A stretch of DNA of 64,000 nt from a virus: IMG/VR virus record IMGVR_UViG_3300050821_002136, positions 44,278 through 108,277 of that record; one strand, given 5' to 3'. The stretch's first letter is position 1. Each line of letters opens with the position of its first letter. Under the pieces are notes generated by a model that was given only the letters and a program-made list of their open reading frames with translations, did no database searches and was not told the origin of the DNA. Positions 18,895-28,491 of the stretch are shown in pieces. Position numbers and translations under genes: made by a program.

Positions 18895-19587
18895 TTATTC
18901 TACAAGTTTTGGTACATACGTACGCGCTGCATCGAGGTGCTGAGCATCGAAGTTTAGAGAAAACCCAATGGCACTTGTATCTCCGTTGTCCTCTTCAGCA
19001 GAATACGTGACCAAGCCTACAATTTCCCCTTTGGTATTGAATATGGCTGAGCCACTATCGCCATGGTCTACTTTCAGAGAATAGCAAGCCTCTCCAGCTG
19101 CCACGTCCAATTCGCTGTAGTCGTCACACTCAAGCACTTTACCGTAACGAGGAATGGCTGGGTACTCTCCTCGGATGTCTCCATAGATGGTGACGGTCTC
19201 TCCAACCATTGCGGCTTTGGTCTTCACTGTTTCGATGTGAGTGAACGGAGACCCGTAAAACAAGTAGATCACATGATCTCGGTTGTCAGTTGCGGAAGCT
19301 ATGAGGATGTGCTTCTCTGTAGAGAGATCAAAGGATACCAACGTTCCTTCTCCAGATTCGTTACAATGTTCGGCCGTAAGAAAAGCGTTCGGCCCAATTG
19401 CTGTGCTTGTACAATCTCCTAGTTTCTTTCCCTTCTCATCAAAGAAGGTTACCATGTGGGAAGTACGTTGCTCTGTTGTGGGGGCTGAGTGTTTGTGAGT
19501 CTTGAAGTGAGGAACCTCGTGAGGTCCAAGGAGGAACAACGAGAGAAGTCCCACGGAAAGAAAATAGTAGAAGTCTAAGCGAGTCAT
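18895..19587 (-). CDS. Trypsin-like serine protease with N-terminal signal/anchor
   Basis: LTAEHC (His), RDHVI (Asp), GDSGS (Ser). Confidence 0.9.
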   Translation of the reverse strand: MTRLDFYYFLSVGLLSLFLLGPHEVPHFKTHKHSAPTTEQRTSHMVTFFDEKGKKLGDCTSTAIGPNAFLTAEHCNESGEGTLVSFDLSTEKHILIASATDNRDHVIYLFYGSPFTHIETVKTKAAMVGETVTIYGDIRGEYPAIPRYGKVLECDDYSELDVAAGEACYSLKVDHGDSGSAIFNTKGEIVGLVTYSAEEDNGDTSAIGFSLNFDAQHLDAARTYVPKLVE

Positions 19588-19667
19588 TTATTGGTGCTCC
19601 GAGTGAAATTTTACCGCCGAGGAGTTCCCAGCACTACTCCAGGAATACTACAGCGGCTGTCTTAGGA

Positions 19668-20369
19668 TTAAGCCAAAGCTGGGCGCTGCGTCGGAACCAT
19701 TGAGAGCACCATGTCAAAGACAAAGAGCACCTCGTTCCGAAAGTCTTCAAGACTGCCAGTGTTTTTGATCACTGCTACCCACTGGTCGTCTGGTACATTT
19801 GCTAAGGCCTCCTCAGAAATATGTGCATTAGGAGACTTAATACTGGGCCTATCGACGCGGACTGCTTCGCCAAATTTCTGAGCCCACCTAAGCTCATTAG
19901 GAAAACGACAGTCTGAAATAAGCGCAACGGTCGGCTGATCCTTAGCAATCTGAGCTTCTACTTTTTTCACCCAGTAGTCCTCGTCCTCTTGACGCCTGAA
20001 GACACCCCAAAACTGCAAAAAAGTCCTCGACTTGCCAAGGGAACAATCGGGATCTTCTACGGTTTCATCTACGTCCCACTGCACCCACTCGGGGAGGGCC
20101 ACGATAGTTCCATCAGTGTGAGCAAAGCCTGCATCAGGATAACGCAGACCGTCTGAGAACAAATTTCTCATTCCCCCGGACTTCAAAGCAAGTTCGGTTA
20201 CCTCGGCCTTGAGGGCTTTGGCAAAACTATAGTGCTTGATGTCGTAGAGGACTGAGGGGTCATCAGCCATGATGGGGGTACCATGGCGATGCTTAATGAT
20301 TGTTTGGCAAGCTTCATCCTTACCTGACCTTGCGCGATGTCCAAAGGCCAACACTATCGCTGGCATCAA
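19668..20369 (-). CDS. Deoxynucleoside monophosphate kinase
   Basis: GHRARSGKD, SFAKALK, RTFLQFWG, ISDCRFPNE, HISE. Confidence 0.9.
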   Translation of the reverse strand: MMPAIVLAFGHRARSGKDEACQTIIKHRHGTPIMADDPSVLYDIKHYSFAKALKAEVTELALKSGGMRNLFSDGLRYPDAGFAHTDGTIVALPEWVQWDVDETVEDPDCSLGKSRTFLQFWGVFRRQEDEDYWVKKVEAQIAKDQPTVALISDCRFPNELRWAQKFGEAVRVDRPSIKSPNAHISEEALANVPDDQWVAVIKNTGSLEDFRNEVLFVFDMVLSMVPTQRPALA

Positions 20370-20539
20370 TGAGCCTTCTTTGGTGTCGTGGCCTTGCTTA
20401 GTTTGGCCTGAGCCTCTTCCAGGGACAGATCATAATTCCCGTCGCGGAATAAAGTTACACCAGGAATAACAACTTCACCCAGGCCATAGCTATAAGCCCT
20501 ATCGCTCTGGGTACGGATTACATACTGAGTCGGTTCCAT
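20366..20539 (-). CDS. 57-aa hypothetical protein (not in ORF track)
   Basis: MEPTQYVIRTQ...KKAH*; fills the gap and its stop overlaps the kinase start. Confidence 0.6.
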   Translation of the reverse strand: MEPTQYVIRTQSDRAYSYGLGEVVIPGVTLFRDGNYDLSLEEAQAKLSKATTPKKAH

Positions 20540-20542
20540 TTC

Positions 20543-22150
20543 TTAGGCTCTCCATTTTGATGCGTAGATTGTAATTATTGATCTCATACCGTTCGGGTAC
20601 GTGACCGTATGACTGTGCGACCAACTCGAAGGTCCGGCGTTGTACGACCAGCGCAATTGTGTGCTGGTACCACAGACGTAAAGGCCGTTCCAAATGCCTG
20701 CCGAATGTGTGTGTGCCGTGTTTGCCCTGCGTCCGATCTTGTTCAAGTTCTGTGGTGTGCCGCGTGCTCCGTTGGGGCCAAGGTGTCCGTGGATTCCACA
20801 TTCTATCTTTTTGTTACAGATGGTATACGACTCATCGGTCCTCAAGAACTGGATCTCCTTAGACAGGCCATACTTCTGCAAAGACCACTCTAGCAAGTGA
20901 AAGCGTTCATTGCCTTCCACCATACCTTTGTAAACGGCCAATTGAGCCTCTAAGAAAAACATAGCGTTCTGTGGGTCATTGCGATAGTCGTGTTCTCTCA
21001 GCCAGCGCATGATCCAATTGTCATGGTTGGAATCCACAACAATGGTTTTGCACCATGGACGACTATAAGCTTTCACTTTATCCATAGTTTGATGAAGTTC
21101 TTCTTCAACTTTGCTCAGGCCTCTGAGGTACACTTTGAACTTCTCATGTGCATCTCCCGCCGTATGGTGGTTCGTGCTGGCCCCTTCCATCACATCGTGC
21201 AGGAACTGTGTCTTAGGCTTTAGGTAATCCAACATCTCCTGAGAGAGCTTCTCTACCACAGGGTCAATGATCGTTGCGTGGAGATCTCCCCAGGTCACCG
21301 ATTCAACTTTGTTGCCCGTAGTGATCTTGCCATTCTCAGCGATGACATCCAGGTCCTGCAGCTGACAAGCAGTGCCTGCCGCGCCGACTTGACGTACCCA
21401 CCAGTTGCCGTCTGCATTGACTTCCACAACCAAGCAGGAATAACTGTGATGATGCTCAGCTTTCAGTCCGGCTTTCTTTTGAATATAGTTCTGAAGCGTG
21501 ACAGCTCCCGTCGTGTAGTTCAGTTTGGTGCCTTCCCCTTGCATAGTCGCAATGGAGCGCATGGCCAACTTGGCGTGAGGGAAGATAGAGGACTTCCTGT
21601 GCGTGTACGTTTCCAGACCCGAGAGAGGATCGTCAGCCGTGGGCAGCACATTCATTTCTCCACACCAGACTAAGCCTTCCCCAAGTTCTACTCGGGTGTC
21701 GCAAATGTAGGGCTCTACGGCCGGATCAAACCACAGTTCTTTCTCACGGATCTTCTTCGTCCCTCGCTTTACTGCCAGTTCACCGAAGGCGTTCTGATTG
21801 TAAGAAAAAGTCCCCACGAGTATTTCAGCTTCGTAGTGCTTAGCCAGGGCCAGGAGGTTATTCCAGAACGCCTTATTGACAAATGTATTGTTCTGAGCCG
21901 AGGTGAGGATGTAGCGTTTGATTTTGTGCTTCGTCGGGAGTTTGGCTGGGGCTTCTACAATACCCTTCACAGACCCAGAGGCTATGGGCTTCTTAATGCC
22001 ACCCATCTTTTCAATGTGATCATGCACAGTGCCACGCGCTAGTCCCATCTCCCGGGCAATAGCCGTGACACTCCCGCCAGTTTGCTTATAGAGTTCCGCG
22101 ATTCGTTCTCTCTGCAGTTCTCCGTGCTGTTTGCGTGCTTGAGTTTCCAT
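20543..22150 (-). CDS. HTH fused to a calcineurin-like metallophosphoesterase
   Basis: N-terminal SVTAIAREMGLARGTVHDH; WGDLH, FLHD, SNHD, HGH, HTHS. Confidence 0.8.
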   Translation of the reverse strand: METQARKQHGELQRERIAELYKQTGGSVTAIAREMGLARGTVHDHIEKMGGIKKPIASGSVKGIVEAPAKLPTKHKIKRYILTSAQNNTFVNKAFWNNLLALAKHYEAEILVGTFSYNQNAFGELAVKRGTKKIREKELWFDPAVEPYICDTRVELGEGLVWCGEMNVLPTADDPLSGLETYTHRKSSIFPHAKLAMRSIATMQGEGTKLNYTTGAVTLQNYIQKKAGLKAEHHHSYSCLVVEVNADGNWWVRQVGAAGTACQLQDLDVIAENGKITTGNKVESVTWGDLHATIIDPVVEKLSQEMLDYLKPKTQFLHDVMEGASTNHHTAGDAHEKFKVYLRGLSKVEEELHQTMDKVKAYSRPWCKTIVVDSNHDNWIMRWLREHDYRNDPQNAMFFLEAQLAVYKGMVEGNERFHLLEWSLQKYGLSKEIQFLRTDESYTICNKKIECGIHGHLGPNGARGTPQNLNKIGRRANTAHTHSAGIWNGLYVCGTSTQLRWSYNAGPSSWSHSHTVTYPNGMRSIITIYASKWRA

Positions 22151-22833
22151 TAGCTCCTCTCCTTGGAACGTTTCAATTGTTCACGCAAAGTGGCCGCTGT
22201 ACATAATCTTAGCCTAGTCTCTTCGGATATGCGTGGCCGGTTTTTAGCAGCTTCCCTAAGACTTCGTTTGTGTTTGTCTGATAGAGGCTTACCTATTTTG
22301 GCTTCTCTCATTTTCTTTAAAGTCTCTTCTGCAAAACCGTGTCCCATATTGGATGCGCTGATCTTTTTACGTGTGATCTTTGAAACCTTATGCCCCTTAA
22401 GAGAAATGCTCAGCTTACGACAAGCCTCTTCGGACTTCTTTTTACCTAAATGGGCCTCTGAGTTTTTGCGTTTAGCTTCCTCAGAATGCTTTTTTCCTAG
22501 CATTCCATGGACGCGTCCTAAAGCAAAAGAAGCTCTTGTAGAGTCACTCATCTTCTTTCTGGTATTTTCAGAGAAACCCGCTGGACCTTCTCCTCCGTCA
22601 GTGAGGTTCCTCAAACATCCTGTGCCCAGGTCTTTTCTTCCGTAAAAAGCAATCCACCACTTTTCCATTTCAAACGCTTTTTCTTCAGACTCCCAATTCT
22701 GTACTAAAATCCTCGCTCTGTCTTTTGGTCTGTGTACTCCATGACCTTCGCTGATAAATGCCCGATCTCCTTTGCCTTTTCCTACGTAATAGGGTAGGGC
22801 ATTTTCCCTGAACCATAAATAAGTATAAAACAT
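22150..22833 (-). CDS. GIY-YIG homing endonuclease with NUMOD3 repeats
   Basis: FYTY..PYYVGKG..R; E..WI..YGR..L.NLTDGGEG; repeated (H)SEE(T)xxKxS. Confidence 0.9.
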   Translation of the reverse strand: MFYTYLWFRENALPYYVGKGKGDRAFISEGHGVHRPKDRARILVQNWESEEKAFEMEKWWIAFYGRKDLGTGCLRNLTDGGEGPAGFSENTRKKMSDSTRASFALGRVHGMLGKKHSEEAKRKNSEAHLGKKKSEEACRKLSISLKGHKVSKITRKKISASNMGHGFAEETLKKMREAKIGKPLSDKHKRSLREAAKNRPRISEETRLRLCTAATLREQLKRSKERS

Positions 22834-22855
22834 AGAGTTTTAGCTCCTGTATAAA

Positions 22856-22884
22856 ATGCTACCACAGTTCAAAGGATAAGGCAA
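22856..22884 (-). promoter_or_regulatory. Sigma70-type promoter with extended -10 upstream of the GIY-YIG gene
   Basis: TTGCCT-N17-TAGCAT with TGTGG directly before the -10. Confidence 0.65.
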
Positions 22885-22887
22885 GGT

Positions 22888-23223
22888 CTATTTTCTAGAA
22901 CGAGATCGAGGTTGTGGCAGAGAAGCAGCTCTTAAATACCCAGTCTGCTCTCGCAAATCAAGGCGCACTCCCTCTAAAGTCTCACATACTTTTCCTAACA
23001 GATCCACTTGGGTTTTACTATGGTCTTCAATGTGCACTAGATGGTTTTCGCGTTGCATTACGAGTTCTGCCTGGGTAGAATTGATGGCTTCCTTGAGAGA
23101 GGCCCATTCTTTCTTTGCTTTCTTAAATGGCCACACAATCAATCCTCCTAGCCCAGTGAGGGCCAAGCCGATAAGGGCCTTGGATACGAAGTGCCACAAC
23201 ACTGGTACGTCTTGTGCTTGCAT
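22888..23223 (-). CDS. Single-TM coiled-coil protein (holin candidate)
   Basis: N-terminal TM, coiled coil, basic tail. Confidence 0.6.
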   Translation of the reverse strand: MQAQDVPVLWHFVSKALIGLALTGLGGLIVWPFKKAKKEWASLKEAINSTQAELVMQRENHLVHIEDHSKTQVDLLGKVCETLEGVRLDLREQTGYLRAASLPQPRSRSRK

Positions 23224-23232
23224 TGGTTCTCC

Positions 23233-23877
23233 TTAGTTTGCGTAGTATGGTACTTTTACTTGCGTGCCTGCAACATTGACGATTAGGTAGCCAGCAACCG
23301 TGGCGGGAGGTGTTATGCCACCGACAGAAGCCGTGGCGCTGACCGTGCCACCAAAGCCCACTTGAGCAGCTGCTACGGTGGGTGCGGCAACGGTCAGTAC
23401 GATGTCCCCCAAAGTCAATTTGGCCGAGGCATTATTTCCTACTCCATTGCCCATTGTAAAAGACGCTGCACCTATGCTCGATATGTTGCCGTCTACTGGG
23501 GAACCAAATTGTATAGGTGCTCGTTGGACTGATTGAAGTCCTCCCCCACCAATACGCCATTGGGAACCACTACTGATATCGAAGACAAGAAAATTACCAC
23601 CCGAAGGAATAACCGTAGCGGTGGCAACTGTCCCATCTCCAAGAGTAGAGTCGTTAGTTCCTTTCATCGCAAATAGATTTGTGAGACTTGAACCGTTGAT
23701 GGTCAATGCGCCAGTCGTAGGATTCCCTACAACATTTCCTAGTGGCCCAGCACCGATAGCTGCATCTAAGATCTCAAAGTTGTTGCCTGAGGTAAGGCTC
23801 ATGTTGTTGAGCGCTAGTTTGAGGTTAGGAGTGACAGGTTGGTCACCTCCTGGGTAGAGCGTGATTGGGTTTGCCAT
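23233..23877 (-). CDS. Short fibre/virion accessory protein (paralog of 55198-56214)
   Basis: Shared N-terminus PITLYPGGD.PVTPNLKLAL and C-terminus GYLI.NVAGT.VKVPYY. Confidence 0.75.
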   Translation of the reverse strand: MANPITLYPGGDQPVTPNLKLALNNMSLTSGNNFEILDAAIGAGPLGNVVGNPTTGALTINGSSLTNLFAMKGTNDSTLGDGTVATATVIPSGGNFLVFDISSGSQWRIGGGGLQSVQRAPIQFGSPVDGNISSIGAASFTMGNGVGNNASAKLTLGDIVLTVAAPTVAAAQVGFGGTVSATASVGGITPPATVAGYLIVNVAGTQVKVPYYAN

Positions 23878-23881
23878 ATTT

Positions 23882-23932
23882 TTACCTATTTCCTACGACG
23901 ATGTCTGCTGCGGTGGTAAGTGTGCTTGACAT
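23882..23932 (-). other. 16-codon mini-ORF MSSTLTTAADIVVGNR*, echoing the upstream fibre gene end
   Basis: AGGAG RBS; ends like YVVIGNR* of 24503-26494; 4 nt from the next ATG. Confidence 0.5.
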
Positions 23933-23946
23933 ATTGCTCCTAGTTC

Positions 23947-24495
23947 CTAACAAGCATCTCTTCGTGCTTGGCTCCAAGGTTTCCCCTTATTTGCCACACG
24001 TAGTCTACGTCTTGTTTCTTCAGAAACTTTGCGGCCTAAATTTGCTTCACTTAATCTACGTCGGACTTCCGCTGAAACTTTGTGACCCAGAGCAGAAGTA
24101 TTACCCATCTTAGCTGCACTCTGCTTGCGATGATAATCTTCGGTGGGGACCCAATTTTTTCTGGTGCTGGGTTTTCCTAGTTTTGCAGCACTCATCTTTT
24201 GTCGAGTAGACGCAGAGAATACTTGCCCAGCAGGGCCATCACCGCCTTCTGTTAGGTTGCGAAGTATGCCCGTGCCCAAATCTTTGCGGCCATAGTACCA
24301 AATCAACGCAGTCTCTGTCTCAAACGCATCTGTTTCAGATTCTGCTAAGTAAATCACTATGCGCTCTTTAACAGGTGCTGAGTGCTTCCTTGTCCCAGTC
24401 CAGTGAGTTCTAAAGGCCCTTCTTCCAAGTCCCTTGCCGACGTAGTAAGGGGTTCCGTCTTCTCTCAGCCACATGTATGTGTAAAAAGTAGGCAT
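23947..24495 (-). CDS. GIY-YIG homing endonuclease with NUMOD3 repeats
   Basis: FYTYMWLREDGTPYYVGKG; YGRKDLGTGILRNLTEGG; paralog of 22150-22833. Confidence 0.9.
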   Translation of the reverse strand: MPTFYTYMWLREDGTPYYVGKGLGRRAFRTHWTGTRKHSAPVKERIVIYLAESETDAFETETALIWYYGRKDLGTGILRNLTEGGDGPAGQVFSASTRQKMSAAKLGKPSTRKNWVPTEDYHRKQSAAKMGNTSALGHKVSAEVRRRLSEANLGRKVSEETRRRLRVANKGKPWSQARRDAC

Positions 24496-24502
24496 AAGCT
24501 CC

Positions 24503-26494
24503 TTAACGGTTTCCGATAACCACATAATTAAATGTTACGTCCCCTGCTAGGGCCGTCTGGATGTTTACTGTCCAGCCTGTCCACGCCCCAGCACCTCCCG
24601 AGTACGTTACCCAGTACCCCACAGGAACACCGAGAGCAAGGGGATCACTCGTAGGTGTGATGACAATAACGGGTTGACCTGTGCCTGTATAATTAGCTGC
24701 AAAGGTCACCGCTTTGGTAGTGCCTCCAGCAGTAACCGTAGCCTGTCCTGCAAAGTCTGCACCTGATAGGCTGACACGGTTAAAGCTTAGGTTACCTGTG
24801 GTGTTCCCAGCAGTCCCGTTGCCTAACGCCAAGGAACCAGCGCCTAGCCGAGAGAACGCAATGTCTGTATTAGACACAACGTTGAGTGCGAAGCCGAGAA
24901 CGACGGAATTACTTATTATCTGTAAGCCGAACCCAGGTGCACCGGAAATGGCTTGCCAGATAGCTGTACCACCCGTAGCGCATAGTACGCCATTGTTGCC
25001 TCCAGCACCGTAGAATCCACTATTAATCGCGTTGCCCACGGCAAACGTACAATTACTGGCACTACCTGTGATAGTGGCCTTGAATCCCGGAGAAGACATG
25101 TAAGCAAGCCCGGTACTGCCGGTGTGCACAAACGCCAGCGTGCTTGCACCGTTCGCACCTGCAGTAAGTGACGAACCGATGGTCCAAGTATCCTGAGCTG
25201 ATGCCGCACCCGTCCAATAGTTAGCGGCAAATTGATGCGTAGGACTTGCGTTCGTTGTAAGAGCAGTCGCAATGGTCGTGTTGGCCCAAAGCCAAGCAAT
25301 TGCCGAGGTCTGATTGAACGTAGATGTGAACCCAGCATTGGCTAATGTTAGGTTTCCCGAGGCATTGCCGATCTGATTCCAAAGCACGGTACCTGTTGGA
25401 ATGTCGGCCGTTACTAAGGCTCTAAACGTGGGAGCCGTGGCCCCACCTGAGGTTGGCCCAGCAAATACAGTGTTAGCTGTTTGGGTACTCAAAGAGAACG
25501 TTAGTGCTGGGGTAGTCGTAACTGTCGCTACCGATGTCGTGAATAGTGGGCTAAGGTTCCCTGCGCTGAAGGACGTGACTGTGCCTGCCTGCGGCGTGAT
25601 CCATGCAACCTGCGTACCCGTGGAACTGAGCACCATCCCGCTAGTCCCTAGAGATCCTGTGTGATCTTGTATTCCCGCAAGGGGAAGATTTAGGTTACCT
25701 GTGGCATCAATGCTAACGGCAAGCACACTGCCGTTCGTATACCATCGTGAAAGATCACCCGTGTTAGACCCAACAATAGTCAAGGCTATTCCACTAGTAG
25801 AACCGTTGTAGGCTCCACTGGCAGGCTGCATGAATATGCTGGACCCTAAGAATGTAGAGGTGTTGCCTTTAATCTGGACGGAGCCAGTAATGTTCCTTAC
25901 AAACAATCCGTTGTTTACAGAAAGATCTGCTAGGTTCGCGCCCGAACTTAGCTGCAACCCATCGGAGGCTCCTGAGTCTAAAGTAGCAGTATTCCCAGAC
26001 GAGTCCACCATCGACAACTGCACTCCGATGGCATCACCGTACGGCACTGCTGACATACCCCAGCTTGAGCCGGATTGTCCGTTCACATACCAGTTCTGAA
26101 TGTTGCTGCTAGAAGAGTCCCCAGTTACACTAAGGGCTACGCCAAATCCAACTGTAGCCAGAGCCAGCAGACCATTGGTAAAATCTATGACACTACCAGG
26201 GAGACCACCGAATACTCCCGCATTGTTCCCTTGAACGTTTCCAGAAGAACCTCCAGGAGTACTTGTAGCAGCTGTTAAAGAAATGTTGCTTCCTACTACA
26301 GAAAGTGTAACAGACGCACTGTTGACAAAGTTGGGATTGTTGACGACTGAGCCATTGACCATGAGGATACCGACACTACCAAAGGCTGTGTCGAGCAAAA
26401 TAAAGTTCTCGTCAACAACTTCGTTAGTGCCCCACAATCCGAGTCCTAGATTGGGCGTGACTTGGTGGTCCCCGCTTGGATAAATTAGAGCCAT
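24503..26494 (-). CDS. Tail/head fibre protein (Gly/Ser/Thr-rich beta repeats)
   Basis: VTPNLGL..ENFILLD anchor; LGTSGMVLSSTGTQVAW fibre motif; C-terminal VTF..Y...P.IVIT domain. Confidence 0.8.
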   Translation of the reverse strand: MALIYPSGDHQVTPNLGLGLWGTNEVVDENFILLDTAFGSVGILMVNGSVVNNPNFVNSASVTLSVVGSNISLTAATSTPGGSSGNVQGNNAGVFGGLPGSVIDFTNGLLALATVGFGVALSVTGDSSSSNIQNWYVNGQSGSSWGMSAVPYGDAIGVQLSMVDSSGNTATLDSGASDGLQLSSGANLADLSVNNGLFVRNITGSVQIKGNTSTFLGSSIFMQPASGAYNGSTSGIALTIVGSNTGDLSRWYTNGSVLAVSIDATGNLNLPLAGIQDHTGSLGTSGMVLSSTGTQVAWITPQAGTVTSFSAGNLSPLFTTSVATVTTTPALTFSLSTQTANTVFAGPTSGGATAPTFRALVTADIPTGTVLWNQIGNASGNLTLANAGFTSTFNQTSAIAWLWANTTIATALTTNASPTHQFAANYWTGAASAQDTWTIGSSLTAGANGASTLAFVHTGSTGLAYMSSPGFKATITGSASNCTFAVGNAINSGFYGAGGNNGVLCATGGTAIWQAISGAPGFGLQIISNSVVLGFALNVVSNTDIAFSRLGAGSLALGNGTAGNTTGNLSFNRVSLSGADFAGQATVTAGGTTKAVTFAANYTGTGQPVIVITPTSDPLALGVPVGYWVTYSGGAGAWTGWTVNIQTALAGDVTFNYVVIGNR

Positions 26495-26502
26495 GGTCCC
26501 TC

Positions 26503-27039
26503 CTAGGAACGCTGTGCTTGCCGCAATATTTGGCGAAGATGACTTGACATTGTAGAGAAGCTCTCTGCTCCACCTGTTTCTGCTACAGCTTCTCCCTTAT
26601 TATCTGGGGCTACAGGATGCTCGACATTTATGTCTTCAACCAGAGCAGATGCTTCCATAACCCGATTGAATGAGGACTCCTTCTGATGTTGTTCCTCAGA
26701 AAATTCTGCATCTGAAATGGCTTTCTCTAGCCATTCCAATTTTTCTCTCTGGAGTCGCAGAGTCTCATCTAAGGCGTGCTGCTTCTGTTCCGCAGAAACT
26801 CGCTCGGCTACGTCGCGTATACGCTGTGCTTCTGCCTCGTCCTTCTCAGCTTTTTTCTTGCGCTCATGCTCAGCAACTTTGGCTGTGTATTCATCAGTTC
26901 TTGCTTTTCTTTCCATCTCTACTTCAAGCAGCATTTCTTCGCGTTCTTTGGCATGCTTAGCAGCGTTCGCACGACGTTCCTCATCGAGTTTGGCAATTTT
27001 AGCCGCCAACTGGGCTTGCAGTTCTTCAATGCTTGGCAT
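26503..27039 (-). CDS. Coiled-coil protein
   Basis: E/K/A-rich heptads. Confidence 0.75.
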   Translation of the reverse strand: MPSIEELQAQLAAKIAKLDEERRANAAKHAKEREEMLLEVEMERKARTDEYTAKVAEHERKKKAEKDEAEAQRIRDVAERVSAEQKQHALDETLRLQREKLEWLEKAISDAEFSEEQHQKESSFNRVMEASALVEDINVEHPVAPDNKGEAVAETGGAESFSTMSSHLRQILRQAQRS

Positions 27040-27096
27040 ATTCTGAGATCTCCTGAGTCAAATGTGTAGGGCTCTTGGGAGAGCCCATGGGTATTA

Positions 27097-27699
27097 CTAA
27101 GCGTACGACGCGATGTTGTTCTGCGCCATGACATACCACGCACCTTGCCAAGCCATGAGTTCGATGCTCGAACCCCGGAAAGAGGCAAAGTTGACTGTGG
27201 TGACCGCAGCTGTTCCGGGGCGAAGAGTTCCGCCCGTGAATGTGATCGTGTGGGCCGCGTTGGTATTGGTCGTGACCTTGATTACGATTCCATCATCTGT
27301 GGTGACGGTCGGAGCGGCTATTGTCATAGCATCGACACCAGCAGTCGTGACCATGTATGTTCCCGGTGTGTGTGCAGGGATGGCATCTGCTCCACCCGAG
27401 AGCAGAACAATTGGAGCGAGTTTAAGAGAGGTAGCTGTGATCACTCCGGTCCCAGTAGCTGAAAGCACGCCACCCGTTCCGATAGTTAGAGCCGAGGTGT
27501 TAGTGCCCGAGGTGATCGCACCGAAAGCAGGCGCACCTCCTCCTAAGAGATCCACTCCAGCACTGTCAATTACGTGGAAAGTGTCATTGTCAGAACGGTA
27601 GAACATACGCGCCTGATTTGCTGGAGGGTTAGCAGGCGTTGCTGGCTGACCGAAAAAGTCGGTGACAGAGGTCTTACTAAACACTGATACTTGTGACAT
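27097..27699 (-). CDS. Virion structural/decoration protein
   Basis: T/G/A-rich beta protein in the structural operon; DDG..I.V..T..AHTIT; G.W.V. Confidence 0.65.
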   Translation of the reverse strand: MSQVSVFSKTSVTDFFGQPATPANPPANQARMFYRSDNDTFHVIDSAGVDLLGGGAPAFGAITSGTNTSALTIGTGGVLSATGTGVITATSLKLAPIVLLSGGADAIPAHTPGTYMVTTAGVDAMTIAAPTVTTDDGIVIKVTTNTNAAHTITFTGGTLRPGTAAVTTVNFASFRGSSIELMAWQGAWYVMAQNNIASYA

Positions 27700-27720
27700 C
27701 GTGTTAACTCCTTAAACTAC

Positions 27721-28422
27721 TTATGCTGCCAATTTTGCTACGATTGTTCCTGCTCCGGTTACGCCGGTTGTGTTGAACCTATAAAAGCGTGCGTCTAGTG
27801 TCCCTATGCTTACTTGTCCACCCGTCACCACGCCTCCGGTCACGCTGACAACTGTAGCTACGTCTGCGTATTCGCTGTCTAGATCAATGTTAGCAGATTG
27901 CAAAGTGACCACAGCCGTAGTAGGAATGGTTGGGAAACTAACAACTGCACTTAGAGTTTTGCCTTGGTTTAGAGTTGCAGTGTTGAATGAAACAGCTACA
28001 GGTACTGAAGCACTTGCGACCAATACCTCGGCAACTTCAGGTTGAGGTACAGCAAATTGTCCACCATCGGCAGCTGCAGCGCTGTTTCCAGCGCCCAGGA
28101 AACTAAACGTATAAATCCCACTGTCAGGATTCATAGCGGCGGAAACTGCGGTGAGAGCAGCGTTAGTAACGTTGTAAGCTCCGGCAGCATTAGCGCTTCC
28201 GACTATGGTGATCAGAGGTTTGGATAGCGCACTCACAATGGGCACATTGCCGGATAGAATTTGAACCGTGACATTTGAAGTTGTGCCGTTACCTGAGTCT
28301 GACAAAACATTTCCTAGGGTCGGTGAAGTTTTGTCGTTGAATTTTCCCCACAGATACGTCAAGTAACCGCTCATGAGTACAGAGGGCATAGGTTTAAACG
28401 GCGTCTTTAAATATGCTGACAT
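27721..28422 (-). CDS. Virion structural protein
   Basis: Beta-rich; LQSANID..Y, RFYRFN C-terminal motif. Confidence 0.65.
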   Translation of the reverse strand: MSAYLKTPFKPMPSVLMSGYLTYLWGKFNDKTSPTLGNVLSDSGNGTTSNVTVQILSGNVPIVSALSKPLITIVGSANAAGAYNVTNAALTAVSAAMNPDSGIYTFSFLGAGNSAAAADGGQFAVPQPEVAEVLVASASVPVAVSFNTATLNQGKTLSAVVSFPTIPTTAVVTLQSANIDLDSEYADVATVVSVTGGVVTGGQVSIGTLDARFYRFNTTGVTGAGTIVAKLAA

Positions 28423-28491
28423 TTTTAATTCCTTCCGATGCTTTTAGCATCTCCTTCAGGTTGGCGAGGGCCGTGATCAGTGGCCCTTGGT

